64,000 nucleotides of DNA, taken from positions 1,504,001 to 1,568,000 of the forward strand of contig OZ219754.1 in assembly GCA_964291295.2 (NCBI GenBank), in the 5' to 3' direction. Origin of the DNA: an uncultured Candidatus Binatia bacterium (lineage in GTDB: Bacteria; Desulfobacterota; Binatia; UBA9968; JAJDTQ01). Each line of letters begins with the position of its first letter. Within the stretch, counting starts at the first letter, position 1. Both the position numbers and the translations under genes were made by a program. Shown piece by piece: positions 1 to 10,700 of this stretch. The notes beneath the pieces were generated by a model that saw nothing but the letters and a program-made list of their open reading frames with translations, was not told the DNA's origin and did no database searches.

Positions 1-1
1 C

Positions 2-526
2 CCGATACGGCCGTGGCTCAGGATCCGCATGCCCACCTTCGGTTTCGGCGGTCCCCACGCGGACGCCTTCGTGAACTACTTCGCGGCCCTTTCCGAGGTG
101 GAAATCCCCTACGTCCACTTCGACGAGGCGCGGGTGCCCGCGGGATTTCTGGATGCCGGCCAAAAGCTCTTTTCCGACGACTACTTCGAGTGCGGCAGCT
201 GCCATGTGCGGGGCGACAGGAAGCCCGACGGACCGATGGAAGACTGGGCCCCGGACCTCAACATGGCCCGCCAGCGGCTGAATCCGGACTGGATCGAGAA
301 ATGGCTGCTCGACCCGCAGACGCTCCAGCCGGGAACCAGGATGCCGTCCTTCTATCCGGGCGGACCCGAGGACATTCTCGGCGGTGACGAGAAGAAGCAG
401 ATCGAGGCGCTGACCGACTACATCATGTCGCTGGGTTCGGGGGCGGGGGCCACGGCCATGGCCGAAGGGGACCCGGCAACGGAGCCGGACGGGGAAAGTG
501 TTGAGGAAATCGACAAACAGGGTTAA
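2..526 (+). CDS. c-type cytochrome, C-terminal part (5' truncated by window)
   Basis: Frame open from base 2 (PIRPWLRIRMPTFGF); CxxCH heme motif CGSCH; PGTRMPSF distal Met-ligand motif. Confidence 0.85.
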   Translation, partial: PIRPWLRIRMPTFGFGGPHADAFVNYFAALSEVEIPYVHFDEARVPAGFLDAGQKLFSDDYFECGSCHVRGDRKPDGPMEDWAPDLNMARQRLNPDWIEKWLLDPQTLQPGTRMPSFYPGGPEDILGGDEKKQIEALTDYIMSLGSGAGATAMAEGDPATEPDGESVEEIDKQG

Positions 527-565
527 CCTGAAAGAGCAAGATCACTCGGAACAGGAGAATACGAA

Positions 566-1297
566 ATGAACCGCAGATTTCCGTCCTTCGCCACGCTGGC
601 GTCCTTCGCGACCACTTTCGCCGCCGTTGTCGCCGCCGTCGCGCTGACCCTCGGCGCCTATCAGCCCGCGGCCGCCGCCACCGGCGGCATCTCCGGAACC
701 GTGGTCTTCAACGGCACCGTTCCCGAGCCCAGGAAACTCAAGGTCACCAAGGACAAGCGGCGTTGTGACATGTCGCCCAAGTTCGACGAGTCGCTGAAGG
801 TCAAGGATGGCAAGCTGGCGAACGTCGTGGTGTACATCGCCGAGGTCGAGGGTGGCAAGAAGCTGGAGACAAAAGGGGTCACACTCGATCAGAACGGCTG
901 CCGGTATGCGCCGCACGTGTTGGCGGTTCCGGCCGGTGCCGACGTCACCATCCTCAATCCGGACAAGGTGCTGCACAACATCCACACCTACAGCAAGATC
1001 AACAAGCCCATCAACCGCGCACAGCCGAAATTCAAGAAGAAACTGACGGTGAAGTTCACGGAGCCGGAGGTCTTCGAAGTCAAATGCGACGTACACGGCT
1101 GGATGGGCGGCTGGATCTTCGTGGCCGGCAATCCCTACTACAGCGTCACCGGTGACGATGGCGCCTTCAGCCTCGCCGACCTGCCCGCGGGCAAGTACAA
1201 TGTCGAGATCTGGCATGAGAAGCTCGGCACCATGACCAGGGAAGTGGAAGTCAAGGCCGGAGAGACCGCCACGCTCGACATCGAATTTGCCGGCTGA
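566..1297 (+). CDS. Secreted cupredoxin-like protein with carboxypeptidase-regulatory-like (beta-sandwich) domain
   Basis: Signal peptide; HNIH and CDVHGWM copper-ligand-like motifs; C-terminal DGAFSLADLPAGKYNVEIWHE; AGGAG RBS. Confidence 0.75.
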   Translation: MNRRFPSFATLASFATTFAAVVAAVALTLGAYQPAAAATGGISGTVVFNGTVPEPRKLKVTKDKRRCDMSPKFDESLKVKDGKLANVVVYIAEVEGGKKLETKGVTLDQNGCRYAPHVLAVPAGADVTILNPDKVLHNIHTYSKINKPINRAQPKFKKKLTVKFTEPEVFEVKCDVHGWMGGWIFVAGNPYYSVTGDDGAFSLADLPAGKYNVEIWHEKLGTMTREVEVKAGETATLDIEFAG

Positions 1298-1358
1298 TTT
1301 GTCGGCTGATCCGCGCCGAGACCCGGCCGCGCGGCTTGGTCAGCCGCGGCCACTGCTC

Positions 1359-1405
1359 AAGGAAACGCCATGCCGGCCTGCCGCCGGCATGGCGTTTCCT
1401 TTTCT
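1359..1405. terminator. Intrinsic terminator hairpin between convergent genes
   Basis: Perfect 19-bp stem AAGGAAACGCCATGCCGGC / GCCGGCATGGCGTTTCCTT, 5-nt loop, T-rich tail. Confidence 0.8.
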
Positions 1406-1421
1406 TGCCGCGGGGGGCTGG

Positions 1422-2105
1422 CTACATGCCCACCCGGCTCTTGAAGAAGTTCCAGGCGCGCTCCATGTCGGGCGGCGGCAGAGCCTCCCGCTGGCGCGCC
1501 CCGGCCGCTTCCTCGGGAAGGAAGCGCGGTGTGCCTATCTGCAGGGCGCCGTAGAGCACCTGCGCCGCTTCTTCGAGGTAGATGGCCATCATCACCGCTT
1601 CCGGAATGGTACGGCCCACCGTCACCTGCCCGTTGCCTTGCAGCAGCAAGGCGCCGCCGCCGCCCAAGGCCCGGGCCGCCCCCTCTCCCAATTCCGGGGT
1701 GGAGATGAGGTCGATGGTCCGGAAGACCGGCACGCCTCCACTGAAAAAGCTGCCGTGGTTGTGCACCGCCTCCAGGGGCGTGTCCGTGACCGAGAAGATG
1801 TTGGCGGTCCTGGCGTGGATTCGCGTGATGGCGTTGATGTCCGGCCGGGCGTTGAAGATGGCCGTGTGCAGCGGGGTCTCGAAGGAGGGGGAAGCCGGTG
1901 CTTCCAGCACCTGGCCCTGAAGGTTCACCACCACCAGTTGTCCCGGTTCCACAAGTTCGAGACTCACCCGCGGGGTGATCACGAACAGATCCGAGTCCGG
2001 GATCCGCGCACTCACGTGTCCGAACCCCTGCACCAGCCCCTCGCGGCTCAGGATCCTGGCAGCCGCGATGATATCCTCGTCAAGCTTTTCGACTCGATCC
2101 GGCAT
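1422..2105 (-). CDS. Class II aldolase/adducin family protein
   Basis: GHVSAR, ETPLHTAIFNARPD, LLQGNG motifs; start at MPDRVEKL preferred over ORF-track start 2183. Confidence 0.85.
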   Translation of the reverse strand: MPDRVEKLDEDIIAAARILSREGLVQGFGHVSARIPDSDLFVITPRVSLELVEPGQLVVVNLQGQVLEAPASPSFETPLHTAIFNARPDINAITRIHARTANIFSVTDTPLEAVHNHGSFFSGGVPVFRTIDLISTPELGEGAARALGGGGALLLQGNGQVTVGRTIPEAVMMAIYLEEAAQVLYGALQIGTPRFLPEEAAGARQREALPPPDMERAWNFFKSRVGM

Positions 2106-2282
2106 CTTGATGGATGATGGCGATGGTGTGCCGCGCCTGCTGTGTGATTCTGCTCCGGGATCAGTGGACCACTCGCAGCTCAAGGCCCTGTAACACGATC
2201 CAGTGCCTCAGGGAAACGGCCCCATGTCCAACCTGGCACAGGCGCCGAAGCGAACGCGACCGCACCTTCGGGACCGGTTCAT

Positions 2283-3350
2283 TCACCGGGGTGGCCGCGA
2301 AGCACTCTTCCATTCGAGGTCCTGAACCGTATACGCATTGAACAGTCCCTCGATAATGCGGTCGTGCGCGGTCTTCCATCTCTTCTTGGCATGGCCGGGT
2401 GTCTTGTCCCAGACCATGACGCTGAACACACACTCGTAGGTGCGAACCTGCCGATTCCTCCCTTGGGCGACCAGATGGCGTACCGCCTCGGTGAACTCGT
2501 TGTCGCTCAGTTTTCTCCCGTAGGGCAGATCGTCAACGAGCAATCGTTCCCATTCGTCCGTGTATGGTCCGCCGCCGTCGTCGAAAGCCCCTCCCGATGG
2601 TGCGGTTCTCGGAGCCAGTTCAATACTGTCCTCGTATATCGCCACATTGAATACATAGTAGGGTTTCTCACGCGTCTTCCCATGGCCGGCGCTGAGGATT
2701 TGATACCAGCACGGCGGGTTCTTGCCCTTGCGGCGCAGGAGGGTCAGGTTGCGTTGGGCCTGGTCGCGTTCACGTTCGGCGGCGCGGCGTGCCTGTTCCG
2801 CTTCTTGCTGCGCCTTGCGGGCATCCTCGGCGGCATTCACGAGGGTTTCGATCCGGTCCGGATGCACCTGTGCGGACAGGTTTTCGTACTCGCGGCGCAG
2901 GAGGGTCAGGTTGCGTTGGGCCTGGTCGCGTTCGCGTTCGGCGGCGCGGCGTGCCTGTTCCGCTTCTTGCTGCGCCTTGCGGGCATCCTCGGCGGCATTC
3001 ACGAGGGTTTCGATCCGGTCCGGATGCACCTGTGCGGACAGGTTTTCGTACTCGCGGCGCAGGAGGGTCAGGTTGCGTTGGGCCTGGTCGCGTTCGCGTT
3101 CGGCGGCGCGGCGTGCCTGTTCCGCTTCTTGCTGCGCCTTGCGGGCATCCTCGGCGGCATTCACGAGGGTTTCGATCCGGTCCGGATGCACCCATACCCG
3201 CGGTGTCGGCGTACTTTCCGGATTGGACTCCGGCCGTGGCTCGTTCCGTTGGACAAGGCCCAGAAGAGCAATGAGCAACAGGAAGGTAAGGAGAAGGAAC
3301 GTTTCGGCGACGGTAAGGCCGAGAATGGTACCTCGCCGGTACGTGCTCAT
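2283..3350 (-). CDS. Single-pass membrane protein with MotB/ZorB-like TM helix, repeat coiled coil and unknown C-terminal domain
   Basis: TVAETFLLLTFLLL resembles the MotB TYADxxTLLLxFF helix (Glu at the Asp position); start overlaps the stop of the MotA-like gene (ATGA); no OmpA motif seen. Confidence 0.6.
   Translation of the reverse strand: MSTYRRGTILGLTVAETFLLLTFLLLIALLGLVQRNEPRPESNPESTPTPRVWVHPDRIETLVNAAEDARKAQQEAEQARRAAERERDQAQRNLTLLRREYENLSAQVHPDRIETLVNAAEDARKAQQEAEQARRAAERERDQAQRNLTLLRREYENLSAQVHPDRIETLVNAAEDARKAQQEAEQARRAAERERDQAQRNLTLLRRKGKNPPCWYQILSAGHGKTREKPYYVFNVAIYEDSIELAPRTAPSGGAFDDGGGPYTDEWERLLVDDLPYGRKLSDNEFTEAVRHLVAQGRNRQVRTYECVFSVMVWDKTPGHAKKRWKTAHDRIIEGLFNAYTVQDLEWKSASRPPR
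2730..3192. repeat. Intragenic 162-bp (54-aa) near-perfect tandem repeat, about 2.9 copies
   Basis: gcggcgcagg unit starts at 2730, 2892 and 3054. Confidence 0.95.
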
Positions 3351-4801
3351 CGATGCCAGCTCCAGAATCTCCAGAATCCGAAACGCCGGCGTTGGCGAAG
3401 AGTCCTGGTCCGTGCTTTGGCCTCATCGGCAAGGACGTGGAGCGCATCCGCCGTGCGCCGCGTCTGCTCCTCGGTCGTGCGCAGGCCTTGCGTGAGAGCG
3501 TCGATCAGCTCCACTGCCTTGGCGGCCCGTTCCACAGCGGCCGCTCCCTGGTCGGTGATGGCATGAAGGGTCTCCCCGATCTCTCTTGTCGCCGCCACGG
3601 TTTGCTCCGTGTCGCGACTGGTGCGAATGTGCGCGTCGAACTCGCTGATTGCATCGAACACGCCCTTCATCGTCTCGGTGCCGGCGTGAACCGGCTCAAG
3701 GGCGGTGCCCACCTTGTTGACCGTCAGCTCCAGAGAAGCAATGGCCTTCGCCGTCTCCTGGGCGCGGTCGCCGAAGGCCGCACTTGCATCGCCCGCATGC
3801 CCGAGACCGGATCCGAGGCGGTCGAACGCCTCGACAACCCGCTCGTGTGTGGTAGACACGCTTTGCGTCAACGAGAGGGACTGCTTCGCAGCAGCATCGA
3901 AGTTACCCCGAAGGGCATCAAGGCTTTGGGCACTCGCGGATCGGATCTCATCATGAAATGAGCGCGTGGTCTCGCGGACTTCGGCGAGATAGCTGGCGTG
4001 GGCGGATTGGAGTTGTTCCACCAGGCTTTCAGCCTGCCTCGCCGCGGTGCCGAGGGAGCCGCCGATGGCGTCGAGGGTACTCTCGGCCTGGCTCTTGAGT
4101 TCCTGGGAGAACGTCTCGGTGTTGCGCTGGAGCGTATCCTTGAACGCGGTGCTCTGTGACTTCAGCGTTTCACTGTGGTTGTGAAGACGTTCCTCGGTGT
4201 CGTTCATATGGCTTCTGACAAGCCGGTTGAACCGTGCGAGAGCGTTCACGGCCTGGTTGAGTTCGCGGGCGATTCTCCTGAGTTCGTGAGCGATTCTATT
4301 GGGTCCGTGCGGGATGGTCGCGACCAGGAGTCGATGGGTCCCTTCAGGGTCCTGGGCGCCTGCGCCCGCGGGGGGCGCATCGGTATCATCGTATCCCCGG
4401 GCGAATTCGGATGGCCCCGTCAATCCGGCCCGGGGCCAGTTGAGCACCAGGATGCGGCAGGCAATCCCCGCGATGGTGGAGGTGAGGGCGATGCCGAAAT
4501 TTTTCAGCAGGTCATGGATTTTCTCGTCACTGCGCACCTCCTCGGTATCGGCCCCGAAGAGTTCCACGAGGGAAAACATGAGGGAGATGAGCGTGAACAG
4601 GAGCCCCAGATAGTAGACGTTGTCGGCTTTCTCCTCGCGGGCATCCTCATCGTTGAGCACGTAGTAGATTGTCAGTCCGGCAACCGTCACCGCCGCGACC
4701 ACCGCCGCAAACCAGGCGTTGGCGAATGCGCTTTTGGTCAAGTAGATGCCAATACCGCCGCCGAGCAAGGCGGCCAGGAACGACAAGGCGTTGTTGGTCA
4801 T
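3347..4801 (-). CDS. MotA/TolQ/ExbB/ZorA-like membrane protein with long helical C-terminal tail
   Basis: Several N-terminal TM helices with YYLGLLFTLISL and FGIALTSTIAG (MotA-family GxxGT / ALxTTxxG-like), then about 300 aa of helical tail. Confidence 0.65.
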   Translation of the reverse strand: MTNNALSFLAALLGGGIGIYLTKSAFANAWFAAVVAAVTVAGLTIYYVLNDEDAREEKADNVYYLGLLFTLISLMFSLVELFGADTEEVRSDEKIHDLLKNFGIALTSTIAGIACRILVLNWPRAGLTGPSEFARGYDDTDAPPAGAGAQDPEGTHRLLVATIPHGPNRIAHELRRIARELNQAVNALARFNRLVRSHMNDTEERLHNHSETLKSQSTAFKDTLQRNTETFSQELKSQAESTLDAIGGSLGTAARQAESLVEQLQSAHASYLAEVRETTRSFHDEIRSASAQSLDALRGNFDAAAKQSLSLTQSVSTTHERVVEAFDRLGSGLGHAGDASAAFGDRAQETAKAIASLELTVNKVGTALEPVHAGTETMKGVFDAISEFDAHIRTSRDTEQTVAATREIGETLHAITDQGAAAVERAAKAVELIDALTQGLRTTEEQTRRTADALHVLADEAKARTRTLRQRRRFGFWRFWSWHR

Positions 4802-4925
4802 TCTGGGTATATCCGTGATGGCCTCGGTGCCCGGTCACCATCTGTGGCTGGCCAGAGACCGGTGTGCCCTCGCTTCCCGGATGCCGGTCACCACTTCCGG
4901 GTCTCGATCCGGGCAGGAACCTGGA

Positions 4926-5756
4926 TCAGATGGAATCCTGCCATCCGATCTCTCCTCCCTGCTGCACGATCAAGTCGGTCCACCAGTAGTAATGACGTTC
5001 GCTCTGCCACTTCGCGTAGTTGGGCCGTTCGAGCCGGAAAAGGCTGACCCGCGTGCCGGTCAGATCGGTGAGGAGGTCGCGGGCTTGGCGGCGTATCTCC
5101 TTGACGTCTGGATAGGGTCCGTAGTGAGACAGCCGCGGGCTGTGTTGGAGCAGGTCGGAGAAGACGATGAGATGGACCTTGAAACGTTCGTCCCCGCGCT
5201 TGCCGGACACGTGACGGGCAGCAAGGACCGCAATCGTTTCGAGCAGCGGCGAGCTCTGCCGCGGTTCGTTTGCTTCTGCCGGGAATCCGGCTTTCAGCGC
5301 ATGCTCGAATTGCCTCCAGTCCCGTTCGGCGAAACTCCGGCCCTGGTGGATGTCGTCGCGCCACGTACGATCCTTCGGGTTCTTGAGCGGGCGGCATACT
5401 TCAAGCAGCTTCTTCGGCTTGCCCGGGTCCTGCGTCAGTTCGTAGATCGCAAGGAGTTCCCCCGGGGCAATGCCCATGGGTCCCGTTTGCTCCGACGCGA
5501 TCTGTTTGGCGAGACGTTCGAGTTCGGCTCGATGCTTTGGGGTCAGCGGATCGCTTGTATCAAGGAGCAGCACGGTAGCGCCGCCGGGACCGGTGGCCTT
5601 GGGGCAGAGGCGGTCGTCGGTTTCCGGGACCCGGGTGCCGACCTGGTAGAACACGGCCACACCGATGATAAGACACGCGCCCACCCCGATTGGGAGCATG
5701 ATCGACTGCCAGTGCGCCTTGGCTGCGGCTCGGCGGCGTGCGTCCCGCCTCATCAT
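4926..5756 (-). CDS. Membrane-anchored vWA-like domain protein
   Basis: One N-terminal TM; LLLDTSD (MIDAS-like DxS), SPLLET, LIVFSDLL. Confidence 0.6.
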   Translation of the reverse strand: MMRRDARRRAAAKAHWQSIMLPIGVGACLIIGVAVFYQVGTRVPETDDRLCPKATGPGGATVLLLDTSDPLTPKHRAELERLAKQIASEQTGPMGIAPGELLAIYELTQDPGKPKKLLEVCRPLKNPKDRTWRDDIHQGRSFAERDWRQFEHALKAGFPAEANEPRQSSPLLETIAVLAARHVSGKRGDERFKVHLIVFSDLLQHSPRLSHYGPYPDVKEIRRQARDLLTDLTGTRVSLFRLERPNYAKWQSERHYYWWTDLIVQQGGEIGWQDSI

Positions 5757-7237
5757 GCGTCCTCCGCGTAGTCAGCGACGACGTGATCGAGCATCTGGTA
5801 GCGCGCTCGGAGTTGAGCGTAGGTCTCCTCCACCCGTGCAAACCCCGCCTTCGTCACATTCGGGATGTCGCCCCACTCGGGAGGAGGCGGGATATGGAAT
5901 TGCGGAGGCTGGATCACATCTTCGTCGATGGTCGGCTCGCTGCCAAAGAAGGGCGGCGCCGCGGCGGTCCGCTCGGCGAGGTTCGCGTCGCGATAGGCCG
6001 CGAGAAGATAGCTCAGATCCTTGTTGTACTGCCGGAGGTTCGCCGGATAGTTGTCGACAACCATCCGCAATCGGTGGATCGTGTCCTCCCAGCCGGCCCG
6101 GTCTATCTCATAGCGGCTCTTGATCTCGTCGATGGCCTTGTTTGCCTCGTTGCGCGCGGATTCCAGTTCTTCAAGTGCGTCGTTGAGATTGTCCTGGTAG
6201 CGTCCGAGCAGTTCTTCGACCTTTCGGTGCCTCGCGCCGTACCCGGGAAAGGGGTCGTCGGCGGTGAACATCTTGTATGTGGTCAGGACGAATACCGCGA
6301 CGCCGATGAAAGCCAGCCCGGCGGAAGGAAGGCTCTCCCATGGCAGGGGATTTTCGATCATTGTGCGGCAAGCGTCGGCGAACGCCTCGTCGATGGCCTC
6401 GAACTTTCCCTCCCTTTCCGCGCGCACATAGACGTCGCGCACATGGCCGGCCACGTTGTTCCAGGCCAATGCGGCCCCGGTGCAGAGCAGGCCCGAGGCG
6501 AAGGCCAACAGCTTCATGACCCCCCAGTCGTAGAGGATGAAGCGCGAGACCCGTCCGGCGCAGATCCCCAGGAAGACATTGACGAGGGTCAGTACCGCTG
6601 CAATCATCCACCCTTCGAACACCCCGCCGCGTGAGACGCTTCCCAGGAGGTTGGCGTTGGCGAAGCTCTCGATGATTCCAGCCACCGGAATCCACAGCCA
6701 GTGCGAGATCCGGTTGTTCGGATAGTGCGCGACTCGCGAGAGCCGATGGCGCTGGCGGAAGTCCTTCAGGTCGCGGGAGGCCTCCTGGTACTCCGCGCAC
6801 TGCTTGTCGAGATCGCTCAGGTTTTGTTCGGTCCGGGTACGGAGATCCTGACAACGTTGCGTGACGACGGCATCAAGGCCGATCACCGGATTCTGCTCCC
6901 CCCAGTCCTGGACCCATCCGTTGAGATTGGCGAGTTCGTCATCAATGTACCTGGTAACGTCTTCCTTGCAGTCGAGCGCCCGCTTCCGGACCCAGCTTTC
7001 GATTTTCTGGTACGTCTCATCGGGCAGGGCCTGATCAGGGCCAGGCTGGTTCATCTTGCCCCGCTTCTTGCCTTCCGCCTGGATTCCGTGGGCGGCGAGC
7101 CAGGCGTCACCGTCGAGGCGGACGTACTGACGCTTGATCCGGTCGAAGCCTCGAATGTCTTCCCATCCAGAGCGAGTGGGGATCCTTTTCAGCATTGGGG
7201 CCTCTCGTCTCTCCCGCGCTTCGCTGTCCTGCGGCAC
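5753..7237 (-). CDS. Multi-pass membrane protein with flanking coiled coils
   Basis: About 4 central hydrophobic helices between helical regions; stop overlaps next start (ATGA). Confidence 0.7.
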   Translation of the reverse strand: MPQDSEARERREAPMLKRIPTRSGWEDIRGFDRIKRQYVRLDGDAWLAAHGIQAEGKKRGKMNQPGPDQALPDETYQKIESWVRKRALDCKEDVTRYIDDELANLNGWVQDWGEQNPVIGLDAVVTQRCQDLRTRTEQNLSDLDKQCAEYQEASRDLKDFRQRHRLSRVAHYPNNRISHWLWIPVAGIIESFANANLLGSVSRGGVFEGWMIAAVLTLVNVFLGICAGRVSRFILYDWGVMKLLAFASGLLCTGAALAWNNVAGHVRDVYVRAEREGKFEAIDEAFADACRTMIENPLPWESLPSAGLAFIGVAVFVLTTYKMFTADDPFPGYGARHRKVEELLGRYQDNLNDALEELESARNEANKAIDEIKSRYEIDRAGWEDTIHRLRMVVDNYPANLRQYNKDLSYLLAAYRDANLAERTAAAPPFFGSEPTIDEDVIQPPQFHIPPPPEWGDIPNVTKAGFARVEETYAQLRARYQMLDHVVADYAEDA

Positions 7238-7754
7238 GTGTCTCCTGTGTCTCTTGAGGCGCAGCGTTCGTTCCGGGCGGAAATCGAGTTTACTCGTGAA
7301 TCCGCGTCAACGGATCGCAGCCGGAGCACGCCCGCATGCGTATGAACATCACCGCGCGCAGGCCATGGCGGACATCCGCAGCTTCAGCGGCAACTGAATC
7401 GACGATATGCCCGGCGGGGCAGAATCAATGTCCGCCGGAGTCGAGCGGAAGCAGGGTTGCCTGTTGCGCCCTGGCCGACTCAACACGGCGGCGGCACGAT
7501 TTGGCGTCGTGCGCGAGACGACCGGCCCGCAGCCTACCCGCGCCCTCCGCATTGTCGTCCCGCCGGAAGAGGTAACAAAACGCTCCGCGCGGTTCAAGTT
7601 GTTGACGGCGCTCCTCACACGGTTCGCACCGCCGTAGACTGCCGACACCGCACTGGGCACCGCGCGGACTCTGGCAGATCAAACGGAAATATCTTATCGT
7701 CCATGGAAGTGGCTTGAGGTTCATCCCGTATCACTGGATCGGAAGTTGGCACTC

Positions 7755-10700
7755 ATGAATGAAGCAGAGTCGCTGTTTCAGGACACCATACTGAGGGTTC
7801 TCGAAACTGCGCCGCAGGGTCTTACGGTGGAGCGAATTCGGTCTCAACTGGCGAAAGCCGGAGCGGTCGCCGCCAAGCATGAGATCGTACGTACGCTCGC
7901 GCAAATGAACGATCGTCAGCTGATTCAGATTGATGCAACGCGCCGCTGGCTGGTCCGCCATAATTCTCTGAAGACAGGGAAGGACGGACATGCTGTTTCA
8001 GGCACGTCCGAGAAGTACCTGGTTTCCATTCCCTGTCAGGCAGTGGCAGGCAAGAGGCCTGAAATGGCTCAGGAGATGCCTGCGGGAAAAGGAGTCGAGC
8101 GCAGTCTCGATCTGCTCCAACAGCTTCTGCCATACTACCAGGAGTCCTTGCGAGCCGGCGATGGTGGCTCGCCACAGGCATTTGCCAACCAGTACGGAGA
8201 CAGCTTCGGGTTTCTGGAACCGGACAGGCCTTGGTGGCCCACAGCCGCACGCGGCCACACACTCATTGTTTCGTTGTCGAGTGTGCCGCCGGGTTTGCGA
8301 TCCCTCGTGGCGAAGCAGCACAGTTCGCATATGCTCCTGGGCTACCCGCTGCACATGGTGGCGCCGCGCGACGCGGATGGCGACGTCTTTATCCGGCCCG
8401 TTTCGGTCATCCGATGCCGTTACGAGCAGACGGAGACCCACCTGCGAATAGATGTTCCGGTGGTCCAGCCAACGATCGTGCGTGACTGGCTGCGGGGCCA
8501 GGTCAAGTATGGTGGTTGGACGGCGTCACGGCTATTGAGTTGGCTCTTGATTGAGGATGAAACGGCCGGTCTTCAGGCCGAGGATGAGGCCGAGGCTCCG
8601 GAGTTTCTGGAGATACCCACTTTAGCCGCACGATTGGAGTCGGCTGCCGGGAAATCAGTGCAACAGCGGCTCGTGCCAAGCGCCGTAGCCGGTCGTGTGC
8701 CGCGCAAGTGCGCAACGGGTTATTACAATGGTTTGGCCCTGTTCCCGGAAGCGGCCGGGAAGTACGCGCGTTCTGCCATCAAGGACTACGAGAGGCTGTG
8801 CAGGGAATCACGGGAGAGCCTGGGCAACAGCTCGCTGGGCGCATGTTTCGGCATACCCCGGCCCGTCTCACCCATCCCTGCCATCCTGCACCCGTTTCCT
8901 CTCGGTGAGACCCAGTTGCTGGCAACCAGCGCGGCCTTGTCCGAACCGCTGACCGTCATCACCGGCCCGCCGGGTACGGGCAAATCGCAGGTCATTGCCG
9001 CAATCATGCTTAGTGCCGCCGCAGCCGGGCGGTCCGTTCTACTTGCAGCGCGCCAGCATCGTGCGATCGACGCAGTCAAGGAACGCCTGGAGGCCCTGAC
9101 TGACGACCGGAGTCTGCTTGTTCGGGCAAATGAATCCGAGGGGTTCGGGAAGTTCACCTTCGCTGACGGCCTGCGGGCCTTGCAGACTCGAGCGGGTGAC
9201 CCGGATGCGGTTCGCCGTTTCGATCAGCGCTTGGCCGATATTGCTGAGGTTGATCTGGCACGTTGGCGTCTGCTGGAGGCTTGGCGGCGCTTGAAGTCCA
9301 CGAGCGAAGAGGCAGGTGTCCTTCTGGCGGAACTCGACAAGCTGGCGACCGAACGGACCAGGTTGTCGGCCAAGGTACCGTTCTCCCCGGAGACCCGCAC
9401 CGGCTCGTCACTTCTCTTGCGGGCTTTGCGTTTCCTGGCTCGTCTTCTGCATTGTACGGTGGCCGGTGATACGCTTCTGGGCGGGATATCTCGCGATGCG
9501 TATTTCGAGCGCGAAGAAACTCGGCTGAGGGCGGCTTTGCACGAAGTCGAGGAACGCATTCGAAAGCTGAGGGCCGAGCTGGATGGGCAGAAGGAAACGC
9601 CGGTCACCTTGGGGGCGAAGGTGCAGGCGATGAGTACCGAAGCCATGGAGCCCCTCCTGGACTGTCTGAACGCCGTCACGTCGGAAGACCGGCAGGCACT
9701 CGTGAGCATCGCTGGTGACGCCGGGATCATGGGATGGCAAGGCGTCGACTCGGATGCGTGCCAACGGATCCTGAAGTACATGCCCTTGTGGGCAGTGACC
9801 ACGTTGGCCGCCGGCAGCCGTATTCCGCTGAAGTCAGGACTGTTCGACTATGTCGTGTTCGACGAGGCCGGTGTGACCGATATCGCTTCCTCTCTGCCGC
9901 TTCTTTTCAGGGCCAAGTCCGCAGTGATCGTTGGCGATCCGATGCAGCTTGGCATGATCTGCAATCTCGATCCACGCGAAGAACGGATGATGCTGAGCCG
10001 CCATGGCCTGTTGCGGCCTGGCATAGGGCTCTTTGCTCAAAGTCAAACGGATCTGTTCCAGTTCGCGGCTTCGGTCGGGGAGAGTGCTCCGTTCCTGTTG
10101 AGCGAACATTACCGGTGTCATCCAGACATCGCAGCCTACTTTAACGAGGCCTTCTATGGTCGCCGCCTGACGACTCTCACGGACGAGAGAGCGTTACGGG
10201 TTCCCCGGGGCCTCAAGGCCGGTCTTCACTGGACGGATGTGCAGGGCTTGGTGTCGACGGGCCGAGACATCGGGATGGGCGGTTCGGTGTATTCCGACTC
10301 GGAAGCAGAAGCTGTCGTGGAAAAACTGGAGGAGGTGGCAGCGCTGGATTTCGAAGGAACGGTGGGGATTGTCACCTTCTTTGCACCCCAGGCAAGGCGC
10401 ATCAATGAAATGGCAGTTCGGAGGATCGGTTCCGACAAACTGAACCGTCTGAACGTCAAGGTGTTCACCGCCAACAAGTTTCAAGGTGACGAGCGCGACG
10501 TGATGCTGGTGTCATTGTGTCTGGCACCGGACATGCCGCCGGGCGCGCGAAAGTTCCTGGCAGAGGAGAAACGCCTCTTGAATGTCGCCATCAGTCGAGC
10601 TCGCGCGGTTTGCAATGTTTTCGGCAACAAGACATTTGCGGCTGGCTGCGGTATCCCGCACATCGAAACCCTGGTCCGCCGTGTGGACACCGCCATGTGG

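Noticed and set aside
2283-4801. Calling these genes zorA/zorB or motA/motB outright
   Set aside because: No OmpA/PG-binding domain, no ZorC/D/E or flagellar context; similarity is motif-level only
7238-7754. ncRNA or riboswitch in the divergent intergenic region
   Set aside because: No recognisable conserved structure by eye; an Rfam/Infernal search would be needed
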